A stretch of DNA of 60,402 bases, filler included, from Basidiobolus ranarum (taxonomy: Eukaryota): assembly GCA_040143965.1 (NCBI GenBank). It is 6 parts of 6 records of this genome, joined end to end, with 100 filler letters (N's around TTAATTAATTAA, not from the genome) between each part and the next. Parts side by side here need not be neighbours in the genome. Positions count along the whole stretch, not along the records: positions 30,280 to 40,257 come from JASJQH010007633.1; positions 40,358 to 50,333 come from JASJQH010007634.1; positions 50,434 to 60,402 come from JASJQH010007635.1; 3 more parts are not named here. The stretch is one strand, 5' to 3'. Shown here piece after piece: positions 38,750-50,587 of the stretch. The notes beneath the pieces are model-generated. The model was not told the DNA's origin. It did no database searches and was given only the letters and a program-made list of their open reading frames with translations. Position 1 is the stretch's first letter. Each line of letters starts with the position of its first letter. Made by a program: the position numbers and the translations under genes.

Positions 38750-39109
38750 CTAATTGCGAATATTGTTTGGTGTGAGAGTGAATCGGATAGTTTTTACTCT
38801 GGTGCTTTCTATGTCATTTGTAAACCCTAAATCGATGGCTTCATCAAAGTTCACTTTTCTGAGCTTTGCTCGTACACTCTCCAAATCGTTCGAGTAGTCA
38901 AGAATATTGCTCGTATCTAAACAAACAGTAGGTCTTCGATGGACTTTGATGAAAAATGAGGTTTTGACGCGAGCGGAATTTTGACAATTCTCCGGCCTCC
39001 CGTCCAGCAATGGCACCATGGATGGCTTTCTGATTGTTTCTCGAGAATTTGAACAGCGCTCAAGTCTCTCAACTGTGCAACAGCTACTAAAAAATGATAA
39101 GATCCACAT
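38750..39109 (-). CDS. Small hypothetical protein (119 aa), paralog of 37502-37870
   Basis: Same shared motifs; protein-level conservation of both ORFs supports real coding. Confidence 0.75.
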   Translation of the reverse strand: MWILSFFSSCCTVERLERCSNSRETIRKPSMVPLLDGRPENCQNSARVKTSFFIKVHRRPTVCLDTSNILDYSNDLESVRAKLRKVNFDEAIDLGFTNDIESTRVKTIRFTLTPNNIRN

Positions 39110-40074
39110 GACTTTCTCTAACAGTGGACGTCGAGATACGCTACAGTCAAATCGGGAGTCCCATACGAAACGTCAATGCCAAGCTTGAGGTTATATAAGG
39201 TTGTTCGAATAATGTGTCAGCTGATGCCAATGTTCCTCAAGTGGTCGCCCAATAGTAAGACATACACTTGCTTCAATGTCATAGTTGAGTTATTTACTTT
39301 CTCGCCCAACTGAGAACTGTACAATGTCTTTAAATTATCCGGTAATATTTATGACATGTTGTTTAAGACACACTATCTCCGACCATTTCTATTTCAAGAC
39401 GCATTCCACTCGAGGGTTCATGAGCCTGATCATAGACTTACCGTGTCTTGAGCACCTCCGTCTAATGGACTCGATTTGTTTACGACTCCCTCCAGCTATG
39501 AGCATGAAAAATACCTCTCTCTAGCTAATCAAAGAGTTACTCAGTAGATGTCGCTTAGACTTGACCAGTGAGAACCAACATTCGATGGTTTACAAAACAC
39601 TTTGTTCTGTTATCGTGGACTGTCACTCCATTAGATCTTATGTGCAGCCGAAACACGCAGGAGGATCATTTTAGCAGATAGAACCAGATCCGAAGTAAAA
39701 GACCACGTCACAGATTTTAGTTGCATAGTTGATTGATTAGCCAAGTATTTACGGCGATCAGCTATCTCGATATTAGATTGGGCTCGATACTCGAGCATAT
39801 GGATGTCTAAGATGCACATGAAATATTCGATCGAATGAAAAGCTTGAGGTCAGAAACCCACTTGGCTTCCTGGACGTTTAACAAAGCGCAGAATAAAAAT
39901 AGTCATTCAAGGCAAATAATGCGAAAGCCAAATTCTGTCTCAGTCATTTAGCATGGTATTCTCAAACAATATACCTCAAATATGAGTGATTACATGACAC
40001 ATACTTGATATATATGCATGTACTTGGAAGGACCACGTATTCACAGTCAATTTTCAAACTCTAATATCTGGTTT

Positions 40075-40257
40075 TACAGTGTTTTAGCCTAAAATGAGAC
40101 AATTTAAAAAAAATTAGACGCTTCATAAAATATATGGGACGATTGCAAAAAAACTTTGAGACGAGTGAATGTAAAACAAATAAGCAATGTAATTTTTTTT
40201 GTAGACGAAGCGCATTAATGTTCAAAGACTTACACTGTATCTTGAATTAGTGTAACG
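40075..40257. mobile_element. DNA-transposon terminus (TA|CAGTGTTTTAGCCTAAAATGAGAC...) related to the Fanzor element end, truncated by contig end
   Basis: 20/23 identity to the reverse complement of 40844-40866; TA flank at 40075-40076; iterated AAATTAGAC-like subterminal repeats. Confidence 0.75.
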
Positions 40258-40357
40258 NNNNNNNNNNNNNNNNNNNNNNNNNNNNNNNNNNNNNNNNNNN
40301 NTTAATTAATTAANNNNNNNNNNNNNNNNNNNNNNNNNNNNNNNNNNNNNNNNNNNN
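40258..40357. other. Artificial contig linker
   Basis: N44-TTAATTAATTAA-N44. Confidence 0.97.
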
Positions 40358-40715
40358 CATCAATATGCTTCACCAGATGCCAACTGTAAAATGCCATGGT
40401 CTTTTAAGGTACTGTCCGAGATGATACAAAAAGAGAGAAAAGAAAATGAAAGCTAATATTTTTTCGTCCAATAGGTGCACAAACCAAAATTGTTTGAAGA
40501 CCACGCCAACCAGTAGCATTAGACGACTTTGGAACCGAGACCTTGCTGCAGTACTTAATTTCCGACATATCTTAGCTTCGCTTAGAGAAAAAGGTACCCG
40601 TCCTGACCGATTTATGCCCCAAAAAGCAGGTGAAAGAAAAGGCAAGCAAAAGGAAAGCCAAGAATCAAAAAGAATCAAACACTCTTCCTCAGTTATCGCT
40701 GCAGGACACCCATAG
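40358..40715 (+). CDS. Fanzor (eukaryotic TnpB-like RuvC nuclease) C-terminal fragment; exons <40358-40408 and 40475-40715
   Basis: Spliced peptide ...PTVKCHGLLR|CTNQNCLKTTPTSSIRRLWNRDLAAVLNFRHILASLREKGTRPDRFMP: zinc-finger half followed by the RuvC-III NRDxxAxxN motif (Asp codon 40539-40541) typical of TnpB/Fanzor1. GT-AG intron 40409-40474 with GCTAAT branch site; basic NLS-like tail. Confidence 0.82.
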
Positions 40716-40868
40716 TACAGGTAAGACTGTAGGTAAGATTTTAAATTTATTAATGTTGATCGTTCATCCCGGTCATTCGTCTGAATGGTTTTCTATGATT
40801 GTCTAATTTGAATTTCAGCTTGTCTAATTATTTATTGCAATCATCTAATTTTAGGTTAAAACCCTGTA
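40716..40868 (+). ncRNA. Candidate Fanzor omega-RNA scaffold region and right transposon end (TIR ends 40866, TA 40867-40868)
   Basis: 151 nt between the Fanzor stop and the element end, with hairpins TACAG-GTAAGA-CTGTA and GGTCATTC-GTCT-GAATGGTT and GTCTAATT repeats. The position matches where omega-RNAs are encoded in known Fanzor loci; RNA status is inferred. Confidence 0.5.
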
Positions 40869-41183
40869 GGGCCATTATATACATACATACATATATACTA
40901 GATTCAAGTTAACTGAACGTGTCCTAGCATCATCACCTATGGTTCAACAGATCATTGAGCGAATAGATTTCAATGGTGGCTGATTAAGTGGCCAAGTTAA
41001 GATCTCAATATTTTATTATCATTTCATATGTTAGAAACCATGCTTTTATTTGCCGTGACGTTTCTCACAGTAGCCAATAATTGAAACGAATATGGATGCA
41101 GGTGATATCGCGACTAGCATTTGATGTTTGAAATTCAACCATTATATAGAACTATATCCCCTTTTTGAAACTTCACTTTGAAT

Positions 41184-43710
41184 ATGAGTAACAATACACC
41201 AACGACACAAGAAGAGCTCCCCTCCGACGATAGAAATATCCTTATTAAGAATGCTGAAGAAGACTTTGAAAAGTTAATAATAGTGGATTCACCTCCACTC
41301 AAGAATATTCAAGAAAATGTGGATACACTGGTAAGCGAGACACCAAACGAATCCCAAGGTTCTATTGATCAGTCCATTACATTGTTACAAACTAATTCTG
41401 GTCAAGTGGAGCCTTTGGTTGAAGAACAAACCAATCCAGATACCACGAACGAAAATTTTGACTCCATGAAAGAAAAGAATCTTGAGGAGCAACTTCCTTT
41501 CCTTCAAAATAGTGGAATTCAAACAATTTCCCATGAAAACAATATACAAAATCAAGGATCAAACATACCATCTCAAACTTATGACAAAGTAACAGAAGAA
41601 GAACGCGAACTTTCAGAAAACTTGATAAGAAATGAAGCAATTCCAAGTAATTACCTGGAGATCTCCAACTTGGAGCAACAAGTATTACCTGTAGATCCAA
41701 CTCATGATCAAAAAGTTCAAGATCCAGTCAATGAAGTAAACGAATCACGTGGAAATAATACTTACCATGAGCAATATACACCAGTCGAGACTGCATTTAC
41801 CGAAGGTGACTTCAAGCCTAAAGAAACAGAAAATATTTCAAATCATCCTTTCACTGGTGGATTTCAGACGGCACCGCTGGAGTACAATCTCGCCAATAAT
41901 GATGAGAAACCAGCTGAAATAGTCGAATCTAACTCTGGCATAGTGGACTCTAGTAATGCTTCCCCTAGATTACTTGACAAGGGAAAAGGCAAAGAGGTGA
42001 TTAGTCCAGAAGAAAATTCTTCACTTGACTATGCTAGTCATGACAATCATAACAATCCTATGGGCAATAGTGACCTAGAATATCAACTGGATAATGAATT
42101 CGTGGATGCTATACCCATTGAATCACAAATATCGCCTACTTCTCCACACAACAATACCGAAATTGCTGCTGGGGTTGATCCTTTAGATATGCGTTATGAT
42201 TCTCAAGAACACCCAAATGATAATTTATCTACGGAGGTATCCAACTTGCCTGCTGACCCATTCCCAGTTCCAAGCGTTCTTGAAGTGATCCCTTCACATG
42301 TAGCAAGTGATCTTACTGGGTTCACAGACACAAAAGCTACCGATACTCCCTTACCAACTCAACAGCAAGCTATTCAAAGTGTGGGAACCACAGTAGCGAA
42401 AACAGAATATCAAATGAAGAGAGTTGAATGGATGCCTTTGAATTCCACGAATCCGCTGAAACTTTCCATAATCACACAAAATGAAAATGGACCGTGTCCT
42501 TTGCTAGCCTTATGTAACGTCCTCTTACTTCGTGGAGACATCAAAATACAACCGGCTGACAGGCCAGTGGTAGATGACGAGTACTTGACCAGTTTATTAG
42601 GGGAATATCTTCTTGACTTACACTCCACAGAATCTGAAGATATGTCAAACTTTAACAACGCCTTGGCGGTAATTCCTCTATTGCAAAGGGGTTTGGATGT
42701 GAATGTCCGATTCGACAACATTCGTGGATTCGAGAACACACCCGAATTATCTATGTTTGAGGCATTCAAGGTCGATCTGATTCATGGGTGGATTGTTGAC
42801 CCTGAAGAGGATTGGAACACATATAAAATTCTCACGGAGAAATGTGTCAATTACAACACAGCAGTTGATTTAGTGGTCAAAGGAGACGAAGCCGAGAAAG
42901 ATACCAATTTGAGCATCGACGAAAAAGATGCAATCGTTCATGAAGGTATTAACAATTTTTTTCATTTATCTTGCACCATCTAAGTTAGCTTCCCATTATC
43001 ATTACAGCCTTGGTTGTCCGACAGTTTTTGGAGAATACCGCTACCCAGCTTACCTATCATGGCCTATTGGCTATTTCTACTACGTTGCCACAAAATCACC
43101 TTTCGGTCTTATTCCGTAACAATCATGTAATCGATGGGTTTTGGTAGTTATCGATTGGTTACAACAATAACTAAATTTCTCTAGTTTTCCACTCTTTATA
43201 AACGAGCAGATGGAGAGCTATATACATTAGTAACTGACGCGGGATTCTTGGATTCTCCAAACGCGGGATGGGAGAGGCTGAGAGATATTGATCAGATAGA
43301 TTCGGAATTTGTGACTGGCACATTCCAGAAGATTGGGCCTAGTGGTGATTCTACGACTCAATCAGAGACTATAATAAATGAAGATGACTATGCCGATTTA
43401 ACTGAGCAGGAGCGTATGGATCAAGAGTGAGTAATAACCATATTTTTAGTCCATTCCTGACATGTTCTTAACTATGATATTGTGGCAATACAGTCTAGCA
43501 CTTGCCTTGAATTTGCAGCAACAAGAGGAAGATGGGAAGAAACGCGAACAAGCCCAAATCGCCAACCAGAAGCTACAGCAGCATAATGCAAGCGGGCCTG
43601 GTAAAACTCAAGAGCGTCCTGAAGCATCGGAAGCACATGAGCAAGCAACTTCAGTAGCCTCATCATCGATGAATCCAAAGAAAAAGAAAGACAACTGTAT
43701 GATTTGTTAG
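41184..43710 (+). CDS. MINDY-family K48 deubiquitinase (MINDY-1/2, Miy1-like), 4 exons
   Basis: Catalytic QNENGPCPLLA, GLDVNVRF, HGWIVDP, QLTYHGL, FRNNH|FSTL, LVTDAGF; MIU-like SLALALNLQQQE; CaaX terminus KKKKDNCMIC. Confidence 0.93.
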
Positions 43711-44868
43711 CTCTTTCTCTCTTGGGATTACGTTTCCTATTGGATAATAAGGTTTATTTCACTCTTTTTCTCTCATGGTATCATGCACAGTTATTTTATT
43801 CATACTCTTATGTGTCTCAACTCACTCTATGACAATTAGCTTGTTGAGTGTCTATTCATATTCTTTTCGTACTCGGAAATAAAGCAAATCTTTTCATGAT
43901 ATTCCTACGTGAACACAGTGCCGTAACTTAAAGTGAAGGCGGCGCCTCGTTTGGAAGTTATTTGGATGCAGCTATAGATCCATGGACAGAAAATCCAGTA
44001 GCTTTGATGTGGCTATTTGTTTTTATGTGATATTTAGGCATACATTGTATTGATTCGACGTATACCATGTGAATATTTAATGATGCTTATGGTACATTTT
44101 AATACAATCCTAAGACCGATCTCAGCCACAGAATGGATATCCTCGAGGTTGCTGGCATTGTGCTGCCTTCAAGTTTGTTTTCTATTATGTAGGTACACGC
44201 ACTGACACTTTGGGATTTCGATGTCTACGAAGTTTTCCAAATCATGTTTGTCATTCATGAATGCATAAATTGTTACATCGAAGGGGATGAAAGATCGTGT
44301 AGTTGATACCTGTGACGCTATTCCTGATATCACGTGATGTTCCATCATTCCTACGATGAAGTCGTGAATTTAGTTGTTTCGTAACCGGGGAATATATTAC
44401 ATAATAATCAATAAAACCCCGAATTTTTAAAAAATCATTGAAGGGTTTTCTAGGTAGAGAGCGTAATTTTGGCTTGCTCTAATTTTTCCTTCATATCATA
44501 CACGTACACTTCCTAACTTCTCTATAGTGAAAACTGCACTTGGCCAAATTCATAAAACGTTATTCCATTGTCCAAATACATTGTTCCATCTACCCATCTA
44601 CAGTATCAGTTCGGTAATTTTTTACGCCTCATCTTCCCCTTTTTTTTACCATCCGTAATATATTATTTGGTTTAACTTCAGTTACATTTGAAGTATTGAA
44701 CCGTCCTTTTTTCTTACTCAGAGGCTGTTATTCTTCTACTAAAAACCTGCGAGGTTTATTTTTGGAGGAAGGAAATCTCCACAATACCTTTTATCGGTTC
44801 CAGCTTAATAACTGTTTACAGAGTACATAACTACATAACATTCGTTGAAATCGAGAATATTTTAAAAA

Positions 44869-47534
44869 ATGTACGAGGATGACATGACGGCTTCTTTTTT
44901 TCAGTCTAGTTCGGAATACACTTCTCCTTTACAGTCATCTTTTTTCTCAACTACCTCGTTGGACCCAACCTTTGGTGACTTGGCGAACCCTTGGGGACCT
45001 CAAGGTGGAGGTTCAATTAATGTAGAAACTGTTCTTCGTAAGTGAAAAGTTGCGAAGTGGCATCTTATTCTCGTTGAATTAATTTTTCACTCCAAATAAT
45101 TATATAGATGGCATAAGGCTGCCGCTGATTTACGAAACTGCCTTTAGCATGGCCGCTCCAATAGATAATAAGATTACTCTGGAGTCTTTAAATAAAATAC
45201 TAAGTGTTAGTGGGCTGTCTTCTGCCATGGTGGAAAAGGTGCAAATACATTGGATTTTATTCATATTACTTTCACATGTAATACTTACAGTATTGCTTTT
45301 ACTTTAGATATATACTGTTGCACTTCCATTTGATCGTAGCAGCATTGATCTAAATGCGTTTAATGTAGTACTTACATTGGTAGCACTCAGTCAAAAAAAT
45401 ATGGGTAAGGAAGAAGAATGGTTTATTTTGTTTTCCTGTTAACGCCTAAAACTCTTTACCTAAACATGTTTAAAACAATAGATGTGTCACTAGAAAACAT
45501 CATTTCTCACAAACAAGGTAAGCTCTTGACTTGAAAAGCAACTCTGTCCGTGAAATTAAACCAAGCTAATTAATATACTTTTATGATATATTTAGACCTA
45601 CCAGTGCCGTCCTTACCCAATCTCTCAAATATTGATTTCACCAAGAGGCCAGTACACCCAAGAAACCCTTCTAGTTCGCAAATCAAACCTGAGCCCTCTG
45701 CTAGTGAGTCAGATCCTTGGCGAGCTAACGGTGATTCCTCCGCTGTTGCACCGGTGAATTCAATTATACCGGATAAACCTTTAAACTTGTTCCAATCGGA
45801 CGGACCACCCTCGTCATCTAGTCGACTTTCAACTATCTCTAGTAACCTAGAGACATATCAATTGTTTGCTGATAATGATTTAATTTCGATAAAAATCTCT
45901 CCACAGAGAGGGGGTATGATATTTAAGCATATCAATTACGTAGTGGAATCTAAGGTGAGTATCGACAGTCCTTCTACTTGTATTCTTATTTTCAATTAAA
46001 GCCTGTATGTTATTGATGCTGTCTTGGTTTGATCTAGCAACGTCTATCAAGCGTGGTAAGAAGGTATAGCGATTTCTGGTGGCTTTTGGAAGTCTTAACC
46101 AGAAGGTACCCATCTCGTATGCTGCCTACATTGCCACCCAAGAGAATTGGAGGTAAGCTAAGAAAATATCAAGGATGACTTCTAGTAACGATCCAAATAA
46201 CGACTGATTGTTCAGGGGACGAAGCATTTCTCGAACGAAGAAGAAAAGGATTAGCAAGATTTATCAATTTCATTGCACGTCACCCAACCTTAAAAAATGA
46301 TGATGTGGTTATAGTTTTTCTAACTGAGCCATCGGTAACTAATCTTATTTATTGAAAGATCCATCGATTCTTGACTGAACTAACACGAATGTTCGTTCCT
46401 TTGAAGGACATGGGAGGCTATCGAAGATTACATGAAATCAACATTGACGAAGAGTTCAAAAAGGTAGAAGTGACCGATCGAATGAAAACCGGTGTACCTC
46501 ATGATCTCGCGGAGAGATTAAACAAGCTTCGTGAGAGATTGGATGCCTCTGCCGAGTACTATGGTAACCAGTGCACTCTAATGGAGCGTATAACTAAACG
46601 ACAAGAAGGTACGCAATGTGCATTATCAACCCTTGGAGCTATGTACTCATTTGAAATATTCTAGGTTCTGCTGAGGACATGCTTCGGTACAGTAAAGCCT
46701 TGACGTAAGTTACAATAACAACTTGTATTTGCTTGGCTGGCACTTAAACCACACCTTGTTATCTCAATCAGGTCCTTGGCAGGAAATGAGAGCGAATGCC
46801 ATGATGCTGACTGCTACAAGTGTCCACAAATTGCTCATGGATTTGATGTGGTGGCTGGTTGTTTCAAAAAAGTGGGCACCCTTATTAAAGATGAGGTAGG
46901 GACAACTATGATGTGGTAGCTTTAGCCGATCGAAACTGATCGACATTTTTGTTTTCAGGTTGAATCTTCGATCAACGGTGTCGTGGAAAATCTAAGACGT
47001 CAAAAGGAAATTATCGTTGCTTTCAAGGTAGATATTTGAACCATCCCTTCGAGTTGAAATGTATCGAATGGCCCATTTTAAATACGCTTTCATTCTAGGA
47101 ACTTCTTGATCGTAAAGACAAAATCGTGTATGGAGAGACGGATTCTCTTGTTAGTCGCATCAAGTCCAACCAGGAGAAGTTAAATAGTCTTCGAGATTCT
47201 GGCGGAGTTGAGAAAGAAATCCAGAGACTCATCACCATCATCGAACAGGTACCTGTGCTTCTAATGTGGTGGAAAGTATCGTATTCTAATGCTTAAACTT
47301 GCTTTAACATAGGATCAGAAAGAGATCGTAAACTCTAGAAATCATGATATCTTTATCCAATACTCTCTTTGGTGCGAGTTACAGTTTTATCATCAAAACG
47401 CTGCTTTTGTCACTCTATTGTATCAGCATTATGTTAGTGATCAGATTAAGTTTGCTACCGGATTAACACAGGCATGGAAAGATTTATCAATCACCGTAAA
47501 TGACCTACCTATGGATATTAGTCGGTTTTCTTGA
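44869..47534 (+). CDS. MVP1: Sorting nexin Mvp1/SNX8 (PX-BAR), multi-exon
   Basis: [66 protein letters not shown]-terminal [12 protein letters not shown] motif; C-terminal BAR-like helices; stop 47532-47534. Confidence 0.9.
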
Positions 47535-50148
47535 ATAATATTACTCTATTATCACTCGTCTACCACTTAGTTACCTTCTATATACAAGATAAACCCTCAC
47601 CTTCTTCGCTTCTATTTTTTGTTATTTACCGTACACTATTCATATATTTATACATGCCTACACACATGACATCATACTACTTGCTTCATCGATATAAAGC
47701 CATCTGTATCATCTGACTTTCCACTATCCAAGTAAGATCACAGCATTCATGTGATGATATGGGCTTTAAGCTAGGTATAGACTTCTTCCTAGCATCCCAA
47801 CCATCTTTGTACCAAGGCAGATTTGACGAGAATTGGTCCACGAGTCCAGATTCAGGAAGAATTTTACTGATTTGACCAGCCGGATATTCTTTTAAGATGA
47901 TCACCTTTATTGGCAATATATAACTCACAGGAAATGCAAGCTAAGATATCTCTATTTGTAATACATCCGATATCCTTTAAGAATCTCTATTAAACAGAAT
48001 ACAGTGAAATGCAAAGGGTTTCCAAACAATATCCAGTGAATACAGTAGACATGGCTCAAGTGACACAATAGTTTGCTTCTCAATTGTGGATTACTTGGAA
48101 AATCATTTTTCAAGCATACAGTGGCAAGATACATCGGTACTAGATGAGTGATTAGTAGGGGGGAACATGCACTCGTCCAAACCAATGGTCTTCCTGTGAC
48201 TCACATAGATGACTGTTATTCGATTCCGTACACTTAGTTACCTTAGTTACTTTATTTGTACTGGTTGTCCAATTTAGTGATTTATTACATACTACAAGCA
48301 GTGAAAGAATTGATGGATTTGGGAGTTGACTGCATCAATACCAACCGAACCAAACCTTAGAAATCCATGGAATGTTTCGCCACATACTAATACTATCGGA
48401 TGATTCGTAAGGACTTGTACTAGATGGGGCTTGATTTCGTTGGAAATGCATTGGACTTTGAGCAATTAGGGCCACATCTAATAAGTATTCCCAGTACATT
48501 TTCTACATGCGAGAGTGGCCAATGGCAACTGATGTACATGCTACAAGCCAATCAAGTGGAATAGACACGCGTTGTTATGATAATCATGAATTCGCTTTTT
48601 TTTATCCCATTCAAGCATACCATAGCAGTCAGCCATCGAGAAAGCACTTGAATCTCTGGGGAAAGGAGGTAGATTCAATCCATCGCTTCTTAGTTCAATC
48701 CACCAGAGACACAATAATGCGTTTTTGGACGTATTTTCTAATACTAATAGGTGACAGACCCAGATACAGATCAGGAATTAGTCAGTTATGGATCGACACA
48801 TGCATTTATTTGGTTCATTGTTCCATAGATAATTCCAAGTGTTGAACCTGATTTTTGATTTGGACCCTCTTATTCTCTCATTTGACCACCCTTTTATGAA
48901 TATTGTGACACTTGTTAGCTTAGATACAAAGCTTATCTGTAGATAAAGCAATATCCTCTCAAAAGGCAACATGATATCGCTGATCGGTCTGTCAGTTGAA
49001 ATGCTCATTTTTATGCCTTGGATAGAGCATAATTCTAGACAGAAAGGGCACCATGTTCAGTGATTTCCTTATCTTTCCCCTGGCTATGTCGGAGGGCTTC
49101 TCACTTGGAGGCTAGGATTAATCTAGGATTTCAAATGATATGATAATATATACATACCTTTGAGCTTCGATGAGAATTGTGTGACAAGATCAGCCACACG
49201 TAAAGATGCTATGTTTACTAGGCAATTGGGTGCCAATTTACTAAAACAGTTATCGCAAATCAAACAATGAACCTAAATTGAGTAAGCATAAGATTGCACC
49301 TACCGATTATCGATAAATCTCATCAAAATTCCCTAAATAGACAGACTGATAACTATATCCACATGACTGAAGATGGCAATATTTCGTAAGGTTGACAGTG
49401 AGATCTCTCTTCCAGTAAGCATCTGTGTGGAATACTTTTTAACAAAACACTGGTGCTAGAATGGGGCATTCTTGTAATGATTTGTACTAATGGAATAAGG
49501 AAAAACGATGGCCAAATTCCAAACACCTAAATAAGCGTTTATTTAGCTATAAATATGTAGTGCAAATCTGCAATTTTATTTCCTTTTTAGGTATGCTTCT
49601 GTGGTTGCAAATCACTCTTTTACACAGTTAGCTTGGATAGCAAAGGGAATTCTACTATTCTATTTTGTAGTCAGTCGATGCTCTCCCACTAGAAATTCAG
49701 ATGTGCATAGGTATATGGCGTTCAAAACATCACCAGCACTGATGGCCCTTCAAAGGCTTCAAGGACTAGAACAGCCCTACTCTAGCCCAACAAGCACCGA
49801 TTGACTGGATAGAGTAAAGCTGATCCATTTGTTGTTCTACTTGACTCAGTGATCGTACTGCTCTACCTGTAGCCTTATCGGTACAAGTAAGGCGGGGTGT
49901 GAAACCCCTTTTCCAATCACAAATCACTTGTAGTTGAAATTTCGCAATTGATTCTAGATTTTTCAGTTGAGTAAATTTGCGAACGAGTTACATATTCATA
50001 AAAATATATAAGAACATTGAATTCTTTGAGGAGCAGAGAAATCCACTACAGTTTCTTGCGAGATATAATCCCGCTCTCTTTACATCCTTTTATCTTGGCC
50101 ATAGATTGATGTCCCTCACTGGACAATGCTAATTTTGAGTACGTTAAC

Positions 50149-50333
50149 ATGTCTGAATCACCCAAAGAGCGCAAAGCCTCCGCAAATGGCACCACATTTT
50201 TCGACATACTCTGTAATGAAGATCCAGAAGGCGTGTTAGAAAAGGAAAATCAGGAGCCACCAGATGAGATGCTCAACAGCCGTAAAAAAAGTGCTTGCAT
50301 AAAGCAACTCTATCTCAACCGTAAATTACTTCA
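50149..50333 (+). CDS. Unidentified ORF start truncated by contig end (possibly repeat-encoded)
   Basis: ATG-initiated open frame running into the linker; no recognisable motif. Confidence 0.25.
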
Positions 50334-50433
50334 NNNNNNNNNNNNNNNNNNNNNNNNNNNNNNNNNNNNNNNNNNNNTTAATTAATTAANNNNNNNNNNN
50401 NNNNNNNNNNNNNNNNNNNNNNNNNNNNNNNNN
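50334..50433. other. Artificial contig linker
   Basis: N44-TTAATTAATTAA-N44. Confidence 0.97.
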
Positions 50434-50587
50434 TAATTAATAAATAAGAACATATACCCACTCAATTATATTCTAACTTGGCTTATTTATTTATTGACTT
50501 TGTTTAAATTGATAAATAAATATTACACCTTCTGGTGTTTATCATCCCCCCCTAACCCTATGTTGAATAAAGATTATTTATCCAACA
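50434..50587 (-). mobile_element. Start of a family-B-like LTR inserted into a Copia gag
   Basis: Minus strand TGTTGGATAAATAATCTTTATTCAACA matches TGTTGAATAATTAATCTTTATTCAACA at 28996. Confidence 0.6.

Noticed and set aside
40081-40215. Spaced AGAC-containing repeats as a CRISPR-like array
   Set aside because: Repeats are short, degenerate and subterminal to a TIR in a eukaryotic genome; better explained as transposase-binding repeats.
40075-40868. A single complete TA-flanked Fanzor transposon spanning the gap
   Set aside because: The gap is an artificial linker between size-sorted contigs, so the two termini cannot be assumed to belong to one copy.
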